Below, in pieces: positions 25,525-36,161 of a DNA stretch of 64,000 bases. Source of the DNA: Planctomycetota bacterium. GTDB lineage: Bacteria > Planctomycetota > UBA8108 > SXIK01. The notes under the pieces are model-generated. The model had not been told where the DNA came from and made no database searches. It saw only the letters and a program-made list of their open reading frames with translations. The stretch spans positions 1,664,001 through 1,728,000 of the forward strand of contig OZ244999.1 in NCBI GenBank assembly GCA_965223265.1, given 5' to 3'. A program made the position numbers and the translations under genes. The first letter of the stretch is position 1. Each line of letters starts with the position of its first letter.

Positions 25525-28293
25525 GTGCGATTGACGCGGTCGCGGAAATCTACGAAAATGCGTTCTACTATGGTCAACACGCATCCCGCTTCAACGATGT
25601 GGGCGTCTCGGTTGTGGAATCGGCGGCGGACGCGACCGCTGCGTACGTGCTGGTGGCCTTGTGCGATCGTCGCCGTGCTGATGGGTGGCGCCCAGGTCGC
25701 GGCTGCGCCGGACGCTCCCGAGGTGGACGTGCCGCTCGAGCCGATCACCATCGGTGAGCCGCAGAGCATCGAAGTTTCGCCGGCTGAGTTCCTGCTGCAG
25801 AGCCGGGGCGAGAAAGTTCAACTGATCGTCACAGGCGTCTACGCGGACGGTCACGTCCAGGACCTGACGCGGGTGGCCGAATTCGCCTCGCGCGATCCAA
25901 GTATCGCGGTCGTCGAGGATGCAGTGGTGTTGCCGCGCAGCGACGGTGAAACGACGATCGTCGTCAAAGCCGGGAAACAAGCTGCGAGTGTTACCCTCCG
26001 TGTCGTCGGTGTCGCCGGGAAGCGGGCTCAGAAGTCCGTGTCGTTTCGCCACGATGTGCTCGCCGCGCTCTCCAAGCAGGGATGCAATTCCGGCGCCTGT
26101 CATGGTTCCCCCACCGGCAAGGGGGGATTCCGTCTGTCGCTGCGCGCGTTCGACGCCGAGCTGGACGAATTCACGCTGCTGCGGGAAGACTATGGGCGCC
26201 GCACGAATCCTTTCGACGCAGAGTCAAGTCTGCTGCTCATGAAGCCGCTCATGCGCGTGCCACACGGCGGCGGGCGCAAGCTTGAGGCGACCGATCCAGC
26301 TTTTGGCGTACTGCGCGACTGGATTGCGGCAGGGACCAAAGTCGACGACCCCGACACATCCCGGTGCGTCGGCATCGAGATCCTGCCCGGCGACAACCGT
26401 ACACTCGCGCGCCCCGCGCACACTCAGCAGCTCTCCGTCCTGGCGAAGTTCTCGGACGGCACCGTGCGCGACGTGACTGAGCTCGCAGTCTACAGTGTGT
26501 CGGACAACGAAGTGGCCCGCGTCACGAGAGGCGGGCTGGTGATCGGTCTCGATCGCGGCGAGGCTGCGATTCTTGTGCGTTATCTCGAATTCGTCGAGTC
26601 GACGATCATGACGTTCGTGAGGGAATTCGACGGGTACGAGTGGAACGACCCGCCAACGAATAACTTCATCGACTCGCTCGTGCACGCGAAACTCAGGAAG
26701 CTCAGGTATTTGCCGTCCGAGTTGTGCAGCGATGCGGAGTTTTTGAGGCGCGTCTCTCTCGACCTCACCGGCGCCTTGCCGACGGTCGCCGCCGCCCAGC
26801 GGTTTTTGGGAAACTCCTCGCCAAACAAGCGCAGTGAGCTCGTCGACGAGCTCCTTGAGCGCCCCGAGTACGCCAAGTTTTGGACGCTTAAATGGGGCGA
26901 TCTCCTGCGCATGAATAGCGTTCAAGTCGGAGCTGACGGAGTTTACAAGTATCACCGCTGGGTCGAGCAGACGATCGCCGCCAACGTGCCGTATGACGAG
27001 TTCGCGCGGCAGCTGCTCACCGCCTCCGGGAGTACGATTCACAACCCCCCGGCGAATTTCTATCGCACCGCAAACGACATGAACGACTGCGTCGAGTCGA
27101 TCTCGCAGATCTTTCTGGGGGCGCGTCTGCAATGCGCCAAGTGTCACAATCACCCGTTTGAGAGCTGGACCCAGGACAATTACTACGGCATGGGCGCCTT
27201 TTTTCATCGCGTGCAGCGAAAGAAAGGCCAAGGCGTCGATGAGCTTCTCGTCTGGATGTCGACGAACGGCGATGTGACGCAGCCCCGTACCGGAGAGAAA
27301 ATGAAGCCTTGGGTCCCTGTCGCTGGTGTGCTCGAAGAGGTCAACTCGTCGGATCACCGCACGACGTTCGCGGACTGGTTGACTTCGCCCGACAACCCAT
27401 TTTTTGCTCGCATCGAGGCGAACCGCATTTGGAGTCATCTTTTTGGCCGCGGTATCGTCGATCCTGTGGATGACTTCCGCGCCTCAAACCCACCGTCGAA
27501 CGCGCCCCTTCTCGACGCGCTCGCTGCTGATTTTGTCGAGCATGGGTTTGACCGCAAGCACCTCATCCGCACCATTTTGAACAGCCGCACCTACCAGATG
27601 AGTTACGTTCCCAACCGCTTCAACGAGAGCGATGAAAAGTACTTCTCGCACTTCCAACCACGTTTGTTGAGTGCCGAGCAAATGCTTGACGCCATCTGTC
27701 ACGTCACCGGTACGACCGAGCGATTCGGCGCACTGCCGCCGGGAATGAAGGCGACGCAGATCCCGGCGCCGGATGTCGCCAACCACGAATTTCTCAAACT
27801 CTTCGGTCAGCCGGAGCGTGACACCGTGTGCGAGTGTGAACGCGTCAAAGAGTCGAATCTCGGGATGGCGCTGCAGTTCGTCAACGGTCCGCTGATCGAG
27901 GGCAAGGTGCAGGCAGCAGACAACAGGTTTCGCCGCTCGCTTGAAGCGGGGCGAACGGACGAGGAGATCGTCACGGAAATGCATCTCGCAGCGTTGTCGC
28001 GCCGGCCGACCTCAGATGAGATGGCGTCAAGTCTTGACCACTTGGCGAATAAGCGGCGTGAGCTCGAGGCGCAGAACGCGAGGGTACGCGAGGAGCTAAC
28101 TCAGGCCAACGAAGAGCTGGCCGAATTGACGGCGGCGACGTCCCCCTCGAGCGCTGAAAGACTCGAGGCGGCGAAGGCCAAGATTGCGGAGCTTGAGAGT
28201 GCGCTGGTGTCTGCCGAGCACGTGCGCGCGATTGGTCTCGAGGATATCTGCTGGGTGCTCCTCAATCGCAACGAGTTCTTGTTCAATCATTGA
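25525..28293 (+). CDS. Ig-like (Big_2-type) + DUF1549 + DUF1553 protein
   Basis: GCNSGACHG, two Ig-like repeats (QDLTRVAEFAS, RDVTELAVYSV), CAKCHNHPF, PVDDFR, CECER. Start uncertain (ATG 25570 or 25597 are plausible). Confidence 0.9.
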   Translation: MRLTRSRKSTKMRSTMVNTHPASTMWASRLWNRRRTRPLRTCWWPCAIVAVLMGGAQVAAAPDAPEVDVPLEPITIGEPQSIEVSPAEFLLQSRGEKVQLIVTGVYADGHVQDLTRVAEFASRDPSIAVVEDAVVLPRSDGETTIVVKAGKQAASVTLRVVGVAGKRAQKSVSFRHDVLAALSKQGCNSGACHGSPTGKGGFRLSLRAFDAELDEFTLLREDYGRRTNPFDAESSLLLMKPLMRVPHGGGRKLEATDPAFGVLRDWIAAGTKVDDPDTSRCVGIEILPGDNRTLARPAHTQQLSVLAKFSDGTVRDVTELAVYSVSDNEVARVTRGGLVIGLDRGEAAILVRYLEFVESTIMTFVREFDGYEWNDPPTNNFIDSLVHAKLRKLRYLPSELCSDAEFLRRVSLDLTGALPTVAAAQRFLGNSSPNKRSELVDELLERPEYAKFWTLKWGDLLRMNSVQVGADGVYKYHRWVEQTIAANVPYDEFARQLLTASGSTIHNPPANFYRTANDMNDCVESISQIFLGARLQCAKCHNHPFESWTQDNYYGMGAFFHRVQRKKGQGVDELLVWMSTNGDVTQPRTGEKMKPWVPVAGVLEEVNSSDHRTTFADWLTSPDNPFFARIEANRIWSHLFGRGIVDPVDDFRASNPPSNAPLLDALAADFVEHGFDRKHLIRTILNSRTYQMSYVPNRFNESDEKYFSHFQPRLLSAEQMLDAICHVTGTTERFGALPPGMKATQIPAPDVANHEFLKLFGQPERDTVCECERVKESNLGMALQFVNGPLIEGKVQAADNRFRRSLEAGRTDEEIVTEMHLAALSRRPTSDEMASSLDHLANKRRELEAQNARVREELTQANEELAELTAATSPSSAERLEAAKAKIAELESALVSAEHVRAIGLEDICWVLLNRNEFLFNH

Positions 28294-28399
28294 CAGGGGC
28301 GGCAGTCGTTCTGAGGGGCGCCCTCTGATCTCTACGAGAACGCCGCGCACCGTCGGCCCCCTGTGCAAGCTCAGCAGTCGCGGGTGGTCTCAACGGCAC

Positions 28400-29857
28400 T
28401 CAAGCCATGATCTCCCGCACCACTCGGCCATGCACGTCCGTGAGGCGGAAGTCTCGACCCGCGAAGCGATACGTGAGCTTCTCGTGATCGAGACCTAAGC
28501 AATGGAGGATTGTGGCGTGGAGGTCGTGGTAGTGCACCTTGTCCTCGACAGCGGCGAAGCCAAGATCGTCGGTCGCGCCGTGGATGTGTCCGCCCTTCAC
28601 GCCGCCTCCCGCGAGGAGAAACGTGAAGCCGTAGTGGTTGTGGTCGCGCCCTGAAAGCGACGGCAGCTCGGCCACCGGCGTGCGGCCAAACTCGCCGCCG
28701 ACGATCACGAGCGTACTGTCGAGGAGGCCGCGCTGTTTCAGGTCGGAGAGGAACGCAAAGAGCGGCTGGTCGGCTTCCCGCGCGAGTCGTCCGTGCGCTG
28801 ACCTCAGGTTCTCGTGGCTGTCCCAGCCGCCGCCGGCATGGGTGAATACCTGCACGAAGCGTACGCCGCGTTCGATCAGCCGACGCGCGATCATGAGTTG
28901 GCGTCCGTGCGGCCCCGAGCCGTAGAGTTCATGCATGTATCGCGGCTCTTGATCGACGTCGAAGACGTCGCTCGCCTCGAGCTGCATGCGCGATGCTAGC
29001 TCGAAGGATTGAATGCGCGCCTCAAGACGCGGATCCGTTTGGCGTTCGCGGCGGTGCAGCTCGTTGAGGCGGCGGACGAGGTCAAGCTGCCGCCGCTGTT
29101 CGACGGGTGAGAAACTGGTGTTGCGAACGTTCTCGATCAAACGGTCGACATCGCGATGTCGCGTCTCGATGAAGGTGCCCTGATACGCACCCGGAAGAAA
29201 CGAGGATCCCCAGAGTCTCGACCCGAGCGTGGGTACGCCTTCCGGGCAAAGGGCGAAGTAGCCAGGCAAGTTTTGATTCTCGGAGCCGAGCCCATAAGTG
29301 ATCCACGCGCCCCAGCTCGGTCGTGTGACGACGTTGTGGCCGCAGTTGAGAAGCTGAATCGACGGCTCGTGATTCGGCACGTCGCAGTGCATGGAGCGGA
29401 CGACGCAGATGTCATCGATCAGCGCGCCTGTTTTCTCGAAAAGCTCGCTGACTTCGATGCCGCTCTCGCCGCGGTGCTTGAACTTAAACGGCGATCGCAT
29501 CACCGCCCCGGTCTTGCGTTCGGTTGGAAGTCCGAGATCGCCAGCGGGCTGACCGTGCAGCCGATCGAGCATTGGCTTCGGGTCGAACGTGTCGACTTGC
29601 GACGGGCCGCCTTTCAGAAAGAAGTGGACAACGTGTTTCGCCGTGCCGGGAAAATGTGGCTGCTTCGGGGCCAAGGGGCTCAGATTCGCCGTTGACGGTG
29701 GAGCCTCCGCACCAAGCGCGCCATCGTCGGCAAGCACTCCCGCTAGGCCCAGTAGTCCGAGTCCCGCGCCGACGCGGCCGAGCAGGTCACGTCGCGAGCA
29801 TCCCGCCCGCTGCAGTGATTCGAACTGTTGGCTCAGCAATCGATTTGTCGCTCGCAT
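28400..29857 (-). CDS. DUF1501 protein (Tat signal)
   Basis: SRRDLL, GGPSQVDTFDPKP, GLGSENQNLPG, GVRFVQ, GEFGRTP, GRDHN. Start approximate. Confidence 0.93.
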   Translation of the reverse strand: MRATNRLLSQQFESLQRAGCSRRDLLGRVGAGLGLLGLAGVLADDGALGAEAPPSTANLSPLAPKQPHFPGTAKHVVHFFLKGGPSQVDTFDPKPMLDRLHGQPAGDLGLPTERKTGAVMRSPFKFKHRGESGIEVSELFEKTGALIDDICVVRSMHCDVPNHEPSIQLLNCGHNVVTRPSWGAWITYGLGSENQNLPGYFALCPEGVPTLGSRLWGSSFLPGAYQGTFIETRHRDVDRLIENVRNTSFSPVEQRRQLDLVRRLNELHRRERQTDPRLEARIQSFELASRMQLEASDVFDVDQEPRYMHELYGSGPHGRQLMIARRLIERGVRFVQVFTHAGGGWDSHENLRSAHGRLAREADQPLFAFLSDLKQRGLLDSTLVIVGGEFGRTPVAELPSLSGRDHNHYGFTFLLAGGGVKGGHIHGATDDLGFAAVEDKVHYHDLHATILHCLGLDHEKLTYRFAGRDFRLTDVHGRVVREIMA

Positions 29858-29899
29858 CGTCTTCGAATCGCCCTCTCGTTTCTCGCGACACACTTTTCG

Positions 29900-32800
29900 T
29901 CAGTCGACGAAGACAAACTCATTCGCCATGAGCAAGGCCTGGGCGAGTTGCTCCCACGGCTTAGCCTGCGGACCGCGAAAGTCGAGCCGCGAATCCCAGC
30001 GCGGCGTGTCGCTCGTTCGACTGTCGGCGTCGACGGGAAAGATTTTGACCTCCCATTCGAATTGATCATCGGAGGCATCGCCCACGCCATCCACAACAAA
30101 GTCGAGTGTCGCCCCAGCAGCGAGTTGAGTGATTGCAGCCGTTGTTTTGATGTCGTCACCGTGAACGCTCCAGCGGGAGATCTCTTGACGGCCGTTCAGA
30201 ATCAACCGGGCGCAGACACCATCGCCGAGCGTCTTTTCAACCTCATCGTTGCCTTCCTTGACTTTTTCCTTCTTGGCGACGTGGCTCAGACGTCCTTGGA
30301 TGCGGACGTTGACTGCTCTGCGCGCCGTCCAGCGCCGCACCGGAGTCGGCCCCGGAGCTGGCGCTGTGTGGCCGCCGGTGACATCGAGTCGTATGACCGA
30401 AAGGCCATCTCGGTCGCTGTCTTTCCCTGTGTTCTCGCCGAGGCGCCAGTCGACTCCACTCCAGCGAGGTAGGAGATGGAAGTCTGTCAGATGGCCGGTG
30501 TCCCGCTCGAGCTCGCCGTAGCCGTAGGTCCAGTCGGCGTAGTCTTGGTGAGGCGCGGCGGTGGTCTCGACGAAGTTGTACGCCGCCTCGAGCTCTTCAG
30601 CTCGCGGCTGACGTGCGAAGACGATGCGATAGAGCTCGCGGACTACATCACTCTCGCTGCGCTCAGCTCCAGCGCGCGCTCGTCGTAGCAAGCTGGCTGC
30701 GCACTCGACGACGAAGTGGTGATTCATGAAGAAGAGCGTCTGCTGTGGTACAGTCGTCTCCGGCCGCCGGGCGCTGGTCGCGTCCGGGCTTGGAAAGTCG
30801 AACGCGGAGAGTAAGCCGGGCAAGTCGCCACGGTCGACGAAGCCGTAGACCGCTCGCCGTTTCGGAAAAGGGCGCGAGAGAAGTTTGACGCTCGGTCCGC
30901 CTAAGCGTCTGTCTAAGTCTCCTGCCGCGTCGAGCAACGAGTCGCGGACGCCTTCGAACGAGAGCCGCCGTCGATTCTGTCGCCATAAGAGATTGTTTTC
31001 TGCGTCGATGGTTGCAGCGTCCACGCGATGTTCGCTTGCCTGTCGATACGTCGCCGACAGCAGAATCCGGCGGTGCAGTCGCTTGATTGACCAGCCGTCT
31101 TCCATGAGTCGACTGGCGAGGTGGTCGAGGAGTTCCAGGTGTAGCGGTCGTCCGCTCCTTAGGCCAAAGTCGCTCGGTGTCGCGACGAGAGGGACGCCGA
31201 AGTGATGCATCCACACACGGTTGACCAACACGCGCGCCGTGAGTGGATTCTTTGCGTCGACGATCGCACGAGCGAGCTCAAGTCGCCCACTGCCCATCCT
31301 GAATGATTTGCGGTGTTCGCCGGCAAGTGCACCGAGGAATTGCCGCGGCACAGCTTGACGAGGCTGCGCTGGATTGCCGCGATGGAAGATGCGTGGTTCG
31401 TGGGGGACCGGTGTGTCGACGAGCACCATAGCCCGAGGCGCCATGTTTTTCCCTTTGGCGGCCCAATCCTCGACGTCTTTCAACAGCTTCTTGACGATCT
31501 CCTGCGCGTCGCGGTCGGGAAGGAAGCGGACGAGGTTGAAGCCGATATCGGGAAGCGGGATGTTGGCAGGCGCACCTGGAGCGTAGAGCAGTTGACGCAG
31601 TTCTTCTCGCGCGGGATCGGGGAGACTTTCCGGCGGTGAATCTGGAGCGGCGGCTTTGGACGCGGTCTGCCACATCGCGTCTGTCTCCGCAAGCAGCTCG
31701 CCATAGACGTTGGCGGCGTCCTTCAGAGAACGCGGCGGACTTTTTGCGAACGCGGCGGCAACAAGCGAGTTGACTCTCGGAGGCGCCTTGGGTGCCGCGT
31801 TATGGACGAGCGCTGCGCCTGCTGGAGCACGCTGTACCTGACTGTCGGTCGGCTGCCTCTTCGCGTCGGCCTCCGCGTCCCCGGCCGCAGGCGCACCGGA
31901 GCGCTCGCCTGCGGTGGTGGCGAGTCGCGCCGACAGGCGACGTGCCTCCGCAGCGAATCCTTCTTCCGGCAAGGCTGCAAAGGCGTGCCATGGAGATAAG
32001 ACCGGATCGTTCAGCGGCCGCGTCCGGCGCAAGAGCGCCTGCCAGCGCAGTGTCATCGTCGGATTGAGATCGCCGGGGTCGACGACGATCATGAATTCAT
32101 CCATCTGCACGCCACTGTCCTCATCGCGCTGTGCAGCGAGGAGGTATTCCGCCGCTCTCGCCTTCGCACCAGCCACGAGCTCGGCGTGTTTCTTTGTCGC
32201 GAACTCTGTCAGGGCGTTCACCCGCTTGTCGAGCTCGCGTTCGTAGGCCTCGTACTCTTCGGTCGCCGGGCGCGGCTCGACGGCGGGCCCAACGAGCGGC
32301 TCGGAGGCGCTGCGAAAGACGCCGTAGAGCGAGTAGTAGTCGGCGGTCGGAATCGGATCGTATTTGTGGTCATGACAACGCGCGCACGCGACAGTGAGAC
32401 CCATGAGACCCCGCGTGACAACGTCGATGCGGTCGTCGACGACGTCGTGAAGGTTGTTCATGAAGCGCTGCCCGACGGTCAGGAATCCTAGCGCGGCGGC
32501 AGACCGCGCGTACTGCGCAGGCGGCAGAAGATCCGCGGCGATCTGCTGCGTGACGAATTCGTCGTAGGGGAGGTCCTGGTTGAACGCGCCGACGACGTAG
32601 TCGCGATAGCTGTAGGCGTACGGGTAGTTGAGATCTTGAAAATAGGCGTATCCCTTGGTGTCGGCGTAGCGCGCGACGTCGAGCCAGAGGCGCCCCCAAC
32701 GCTCGCCGTAGCGCGGCGACGCCAAAAGACGATCGACAAGCTTGACGTAGGCATCGGGTGAGGTGTCCGCCGCGAAAGTTTGAACCTCGTCGTAGCTCGG

Positions 32801-33433
32801 GGGCAACCCTAGCAGATCGAAGGTGAGTCGACGCACGAGTGTGCGCCGACCTGCCGCAGGGGACGGCGTCAGATCGTTGCTTTCCAATTTGGCGAGAACA
32901 AATGGATCGATCGACGAGCGCGCCCAAGAGTGGTCGCGCGTCAGAGGTGCCGGCGGATCCTGAACCGGCTGAAAAGCCCAGTGATCGGCGAGCGCCTCGG
33001 AGTCGATTTTGGTCGCCGCCAGTGTCGCTTGTTCTGGCCAAAACGCTCCCGCTTGAATCCAGCGCTCGAGTGCTGCGATCTCCCCGGCCGAAAGGGGGCG
33101 ATCGGGAGGCATTTTCGGATCGCCCTGACGCCGGATCGCCGCCATGAGTCGGCTGGCCGCAGCGTCGCCAGGGACGATCACCGCACCTGATGCACCGCCT
33201 GCAAGCACGTGCGCGCGCGCATCGAGGCGCAAGCCGCCCTCTTGCTTCGCCGGCCCGTGGCACTCCAGACAGCGAGTGACCAACACGGGACGCACGCGGC
33301 GTTCAAAGAAGTCAGCTTGCGCGTCTTTCTGCGACGTTGACGCAGTGGCGCTGCGCGCGAAGCTGGTCAAAGCGACGCTCGACGCTGCTGTGAAAAGGAG
33401 CACGAGTCGGAGTGACGGGAGAAAGGCTAGCAT
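29900..33433 (-). CDS. Planctomycete cytochrome c + DUF1549 + DUF1553 protein with an extra C-terminal beta domain
   Basis: FFERRVRPVL, CLECHG, YGERWGRLWLD, CARCHDHKYDP, NPLTARVLVNRVW, LLMANEFVFVD. Confidence 0.93.
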   Translation of the reverse strand: MLAFLPSLRLVLLFTAASSVALTSFARSATASTSQKDAQADFFERRVRPVLVTRCLECHGPAKQEGGLRLDARAHVLAGGASGAVIVPGDAAASRLMAAIRRQGDPKMPPDRPLSAGEIAALERWIQAGAFWPEQATLAATKIDSEALADHWAFQPVQDPPAPLTRDHSWARSSIDPFVLAKLESNDLTPSPAAGRRTLVRRLTFDLLGLPPSYDEVQTFAADTSPDAYVKLVDRLLASPRYGERWGRLWLDVARYADTKGYAYFQDLNYPYAYSYRDYVVGAFNQDLPYDEFVTQQIAADLLPPAQYARSAAALGFLTVGQRFMNNLHDVVDDRIDVVTRGLMGLTVACARCHDHKYDPIPTADYYSLYGVFRSASEPLVGPAVEPRPATEEYEAYERELDKRVNALTEFATKKHAELVAGAKARAAEYLLAAQRDEDSGVQMDEFMIVVDPGDLNPTMTLRWQALLRRTRPLNDPVLSPWHAFAALPEEGFAAEARRLSARLATTAGERSGAPAAGDAEADAKRQPTDSQVQRAPAGAALVHNAAPKAPPRVNSLVAAAFAKSPPRSLKDAANVYGELLAETDAMWQTASKAAAPDSPPESLPDPAREELRQLLYAPGAPANIPLPDIGFNLVRFLPDRDAQEIVKKLLKDVEDWAAKGKNMAPRAMVLVDTPVPHEPRIFHRGNPAQPRQAVPRQFLGALAGEHRKSFRMGSGRLELARAIVDAKNPLTARVLVNRVWMHHFGVPLVATPSDFGLRSGRPLHLELLDHLASRLMEDGWSIKRLHRRILLSATYRQASEHRVDAATIDAENNLLWRQNRRRLSFEGVRDSLLDAAGDLDRRLGGPSVKLLSRPFPKRRAVYGFVDRGDLPGLLSAFDFPSPDATSARRPETTVPQQTLFFMNHHFVVECAASLLRRARAGAERSESDVVRELYRIVFARQPRAEELEAAYNFVETTAAPHQDYADWTYGYGELERDTGHLTDFHLLPRWSGVDWRLGENTGKDSDRDGLSVIRLDVTGGHTAPAPGPTPVRRWTARRAVNVRIQGRLSHVAKKEKVKEGNDEVEKTLGDGVCARLILNGRQEISRWSVHGDDIKTTAAITQLAAGATLDFVVDGVGDASDDQFEWEVKIFPVDADSRTSDTPRWDSRLDFRGPQAKPWEQLAQALLMANEFVFVD

Positions 33434-33490
33434 GGACTCGATTATAGCCGCGCCGCAGTGCGAAGAGAACGCGTGCCCGGAGTGTGGAAG

Positions 33491-34288
33491 TTACTGCGGC
33501 ATCGAAAGTGTCCCCGGCGAGGTGCAGTTCTTTGATGTTTCCCGCTCAACGATGGCTCGAAGCGCCTCGGTGACTCGCTCGACGTGATGCGCGTTCTCCG
33601 CTTCTGTGCGACTCTGCCAGGATCCTCGGGTGGGCGGGAGATTCGGGATGCAGCGTCCACGAATCAGCCAGTCCGCCCGTGCGACGAACTCCGCTCTTGC
33701 CGCTCCGGGCTTCAGAGAAACCATGATGGAAAGCAATTCTTGAGCCATCGTCTTCCGGGGTGCCTCCGGGTCCACGTCGAGCCAGATCAGCGCTTGTATG
33801 ATGCAGTCGATGCAGTGATGGTGTTGGCGCAGCCAGCGTAGGTGCCGAAGGCCGACGTGATGCCTTAGGGCGACGTCGAAGGCTTTCAATGACTCCTTCG
33901 GGAAGTACCGTGGCAGCGTCAGTTCGAGTGCCAGCCGCCAACCACGACGACTGACCACGCGTCGATTTGTGCCGTCTTCGCGTCCTATGTGAAATGTTTC
34001 GTGTGCGCTCAGTTTGATGTAGGGGACGGTTCGCTCTGGCTTGAACGATTCGCCGAGACCGATGGCTCGAAGCACGTTGGCGCTGAGCGCCGTGTCGACG
34101 CGGACTGCGTCACGAACGCCCGCTTCCGGAACGTCTTCGTGGAAGTGCATACCCGAGAGCCCGTGGTGGTAGTACGGCTCGTCGCTGAGCAGATTGGAGA
34201 CGACACGGGGACCAGCGACGACTGCGGTGATCGCGAGCGCCGCTAGGAAAACAGCGACGCTTGCGACAAGCAGGCGTCGCCTTTTCAC
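33491..34288 (-). CDS. Hypothetical membrane-anchored protein (last gene of the Ytr-like operon)
   Basis: GTG at 34288 overlaps the upstream TGA (GTGA). N-terminus KRRRLLVASVAVFLAALAITAVV. Confidence 0.65.
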   Translation of the reverse strand: MKRRRLLVASVAVFLAALAITAVVAGPRVVSNLLSDEPYYHHGLSGMHFHEDVPEAGVRDAVRVDTALSANVLRAIGLGESFKPERTVPYIKLSAHETFHIGREDGTNRRVVSRRGWRLALELTLPRYFPKESLKAFDVALRHHVGLRHLRWLRQHHHCIDCIIQALIWLDVDPEAPRKTMAQELLSIMVSLKPGAARAEFVARADWLIRGRCIPNLPPTRGSWQSRTEAENAHHVERVTEALRAIVERETSKNCTSPGTLSMPQ

Positions 34289-35496
34289 GGGAGCCTCCGG
34301 CTTGTTGCCATCACCTGGGCAGCGCGCACTTCGGAGGCCAGTCGTGTCAGCATCAGGTCGTTCCCTTGCTCTATTTCGGCCAGCTGTCGAAGAGCTTCGA
34401 CTCCGAGATCTGCAGCCGTGCGGTGGGCTAACATGCCGCGCAGCGCCGCGCACACGACGCGGCGGTCGGCATCCTTCAGCGCCTTGAGAGCCAGCTGCTG
34501 CGCATTCGGGCGCGGCTGGCGCTCCTCCAACAGATGATAGACAGCGCGCCGCCGGATCTCCGGACGATCGTCTGTCAGCCGCACCGTGTGGATCGATTCG
34601 ACTCCGCGCTGCGTGAGGAGAGCAAGCGTTAGCCACACGAAGGAGCCGAGGCAGAGGTCGCGCAAGGCGAGAGGTTTGCCATTGACGAGCGCCAGGGCTA
34701 CGAGCGCAGTGAGTCCGAGAGTGACGGGCGCTAGGTTGGCGACAACAAACCGCAACGTCGGACTCGCGATCGGTTCGCCGCAAGCTTGCGTGGCAATCAC
34801 GCTGCAGTTGTCAGAGAGTCGTGAGCCGTTCTGCCGCCACCACTCCGAGCGCGAAGTTTTAGCGGCGCCGCCGGGGCCTAGGGGCACAGGGATCACATGC
34901 ACGGCGTAGTCGTCGTAACGTTCGAGTAGCCTACCGAAGCCGGACGATCGAAGGCGACACGCGAGCGTCGCTGTTGGGAGGGTGCCGTCGAGGTCCTTCG
35001 CCCGTCTGGTCCATGAAGTCCGCACACGCAGGTGAGATCCAACTGGCTGCACATGACATGGCGTGAACCAGGTAGCCTTCCAGCCACGCCGCGTGTCTGA
35101 CAAACGCTGCGTGTCCAGCGACAGTACCAGACTGCCTAGGTCGCCAAGGTCGACGCTCGGCTCGCCCACGGTTCGGATACGGCGAGATTCTTTCCGACTG
35201 TTGACGATCAGTTCCTGCCATAGGTGCGGCGTCTCGAAGTCACCGTTTCGGAAGATCAGAACGCGCACGGCATAGCCGGTGACGTCATCCGGCGAGAGAT
35301 CCTCATCCTTCGGCTCTATGATGGTCGTCGGCATTGTCGGCGTCGGTTGGGACTCGAAGACCGTGTCGTAGAACGTGAGAACGAACGGAAGCGGTAGAAG
35401 AGACACGAGACCGATGCGAAGCCTACGTTTGGCGTGGGCGATCCGAATCACCGCGAAGCCGAAACCTAGAAAAAGCGCCATGGTCAAAGTCGTCAT
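34285..35496 (-). CDS. Membrane protein with C-terminal HEAT repeats
   Basis: Two N-terminal and two internal hydrophobic segments; LTDDRPEIRRRAV, LKDADRRVVCAAL. ATGA overlap with the upstream gene. Confidence 0.7.
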   Translation of the reverse strand: MTTLTMALFLGFGFAVIRIAHAKRRLRIGLVSLLPLPFVLTFYDTVFESQPTPTMPTTIIEPKDEDLSPDDVTGYAVRVLIFRNGDFETPHLWQELIVNSRKESRRIRTVGEPSVDLGDLGSLVLSLDTQRLSDTRRGWKATWFTPCHVQPVGSHLRVRTSWTRRAKDLDGTLPTATLACRLRSSGFGRLLERYDDYAVHVIPVPLGPGGAAKTSRSEWWRQNGSRLSDNCSVIATQACGEPIASPTLRFVVANLAPVTLGLTALVALALVNGKPLALRDLCLGSFVWLTLALLTQRGVESIHTVRLTDDRPEIRRRAVYHLLEERQPRPNAQQLALKALKDADRRVVCAALRGMLAHRTAADLGVEALRQLAEIEQGNDLMLTRLASEVRAAQVMATSRRLP

Positions 35497-36161
35497 GTCC
35501 GCATCCTCGCTCGGGAGCGCATCGCAGCCACTGTAGCGAGCCCGGCAGCGACGAGGATCGTCGAGAATCCCGCGACGAACGTGACGTCGGAGAAAAGGCT
35601 GTCAGATTCGGTGGCGTGCGCCGCGTCAAGTTTCCACGTCCACACCATGATCACGAGACCGACGACGCTACACGTCGCGCCGATCACACATGCAGCGACG
35701 GAGCGCGACGAACGCGTCTCGCGGGCGAGCGCGAAAGCTAACGAATAGGCGAGAAAGAGCGCGGCGCTTCCTTGCACGTACAGCCCGGGGGCCAGGTGCA
35801 TGACCTCCGTTGTCGCCGCCTCGTCGAACAGCTTCCAAAAGTGGACGTCTGGCTCGATCCAGGTCAGTAGCGAACACCAGCCGCCGTAGATAGAGAGGAT
35901 CGTGAGGCCGAGCGCATAGCGAACGAGTGCGTGGAGGGCATGGTCCATCGGGCGCGATTGCATCAAATCGCGCGTGCCGTTGAGCGTCGACTCGCCGCCC
36001 AGTCGAGCAGCGAGGGTGGCACCGATGATGATCAAAACCGCCGGCGTCGTGAATGCCAGGAAGCCGGTTGCAACAATTTGGAGTGCTACAGGCACTGGGA
36101 GACAGCTGATCGTCAGTGAGCGCACGTCACGCCATGCCTTGTCCAGGTAGGCCTTCAGCAT
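35493..36161 (-). CDS. ABC-2-type permease-like membrane protein
   Basis: About six hydrophobic segments, KAWRDVR start motif, LMQSRPM; coupled to the ABC ATPase gene. Confidence 0.7.
   Translation of the reverse strand: MLKAYLDKAWRDVRSLTISCLPVPVALQIVATGFLAFTTPAVLIIIGATLAARLGGESTLNGTRDLMQSRPMDHALHALVRYALGLTILSIYGGWCSLLTWIEPDVHFWKLFDEAATTEVMHLAPGLYVQGSAALFLAYSLAFALARETRSSRSVAACVIGATCSVVGLVIMVWTWKLDAAHATESDSLFSDVTFVAGFSTILVAAGLATVAAMRSRARMRT

Noticed and set aside
34289-34783. N-terminal 165 aa of ORF 33491-34783
   Set aside because: It overlaps the upstream gene out of frame. The GTG at 34288 gives a coupled start and a signal-like N-terminus.
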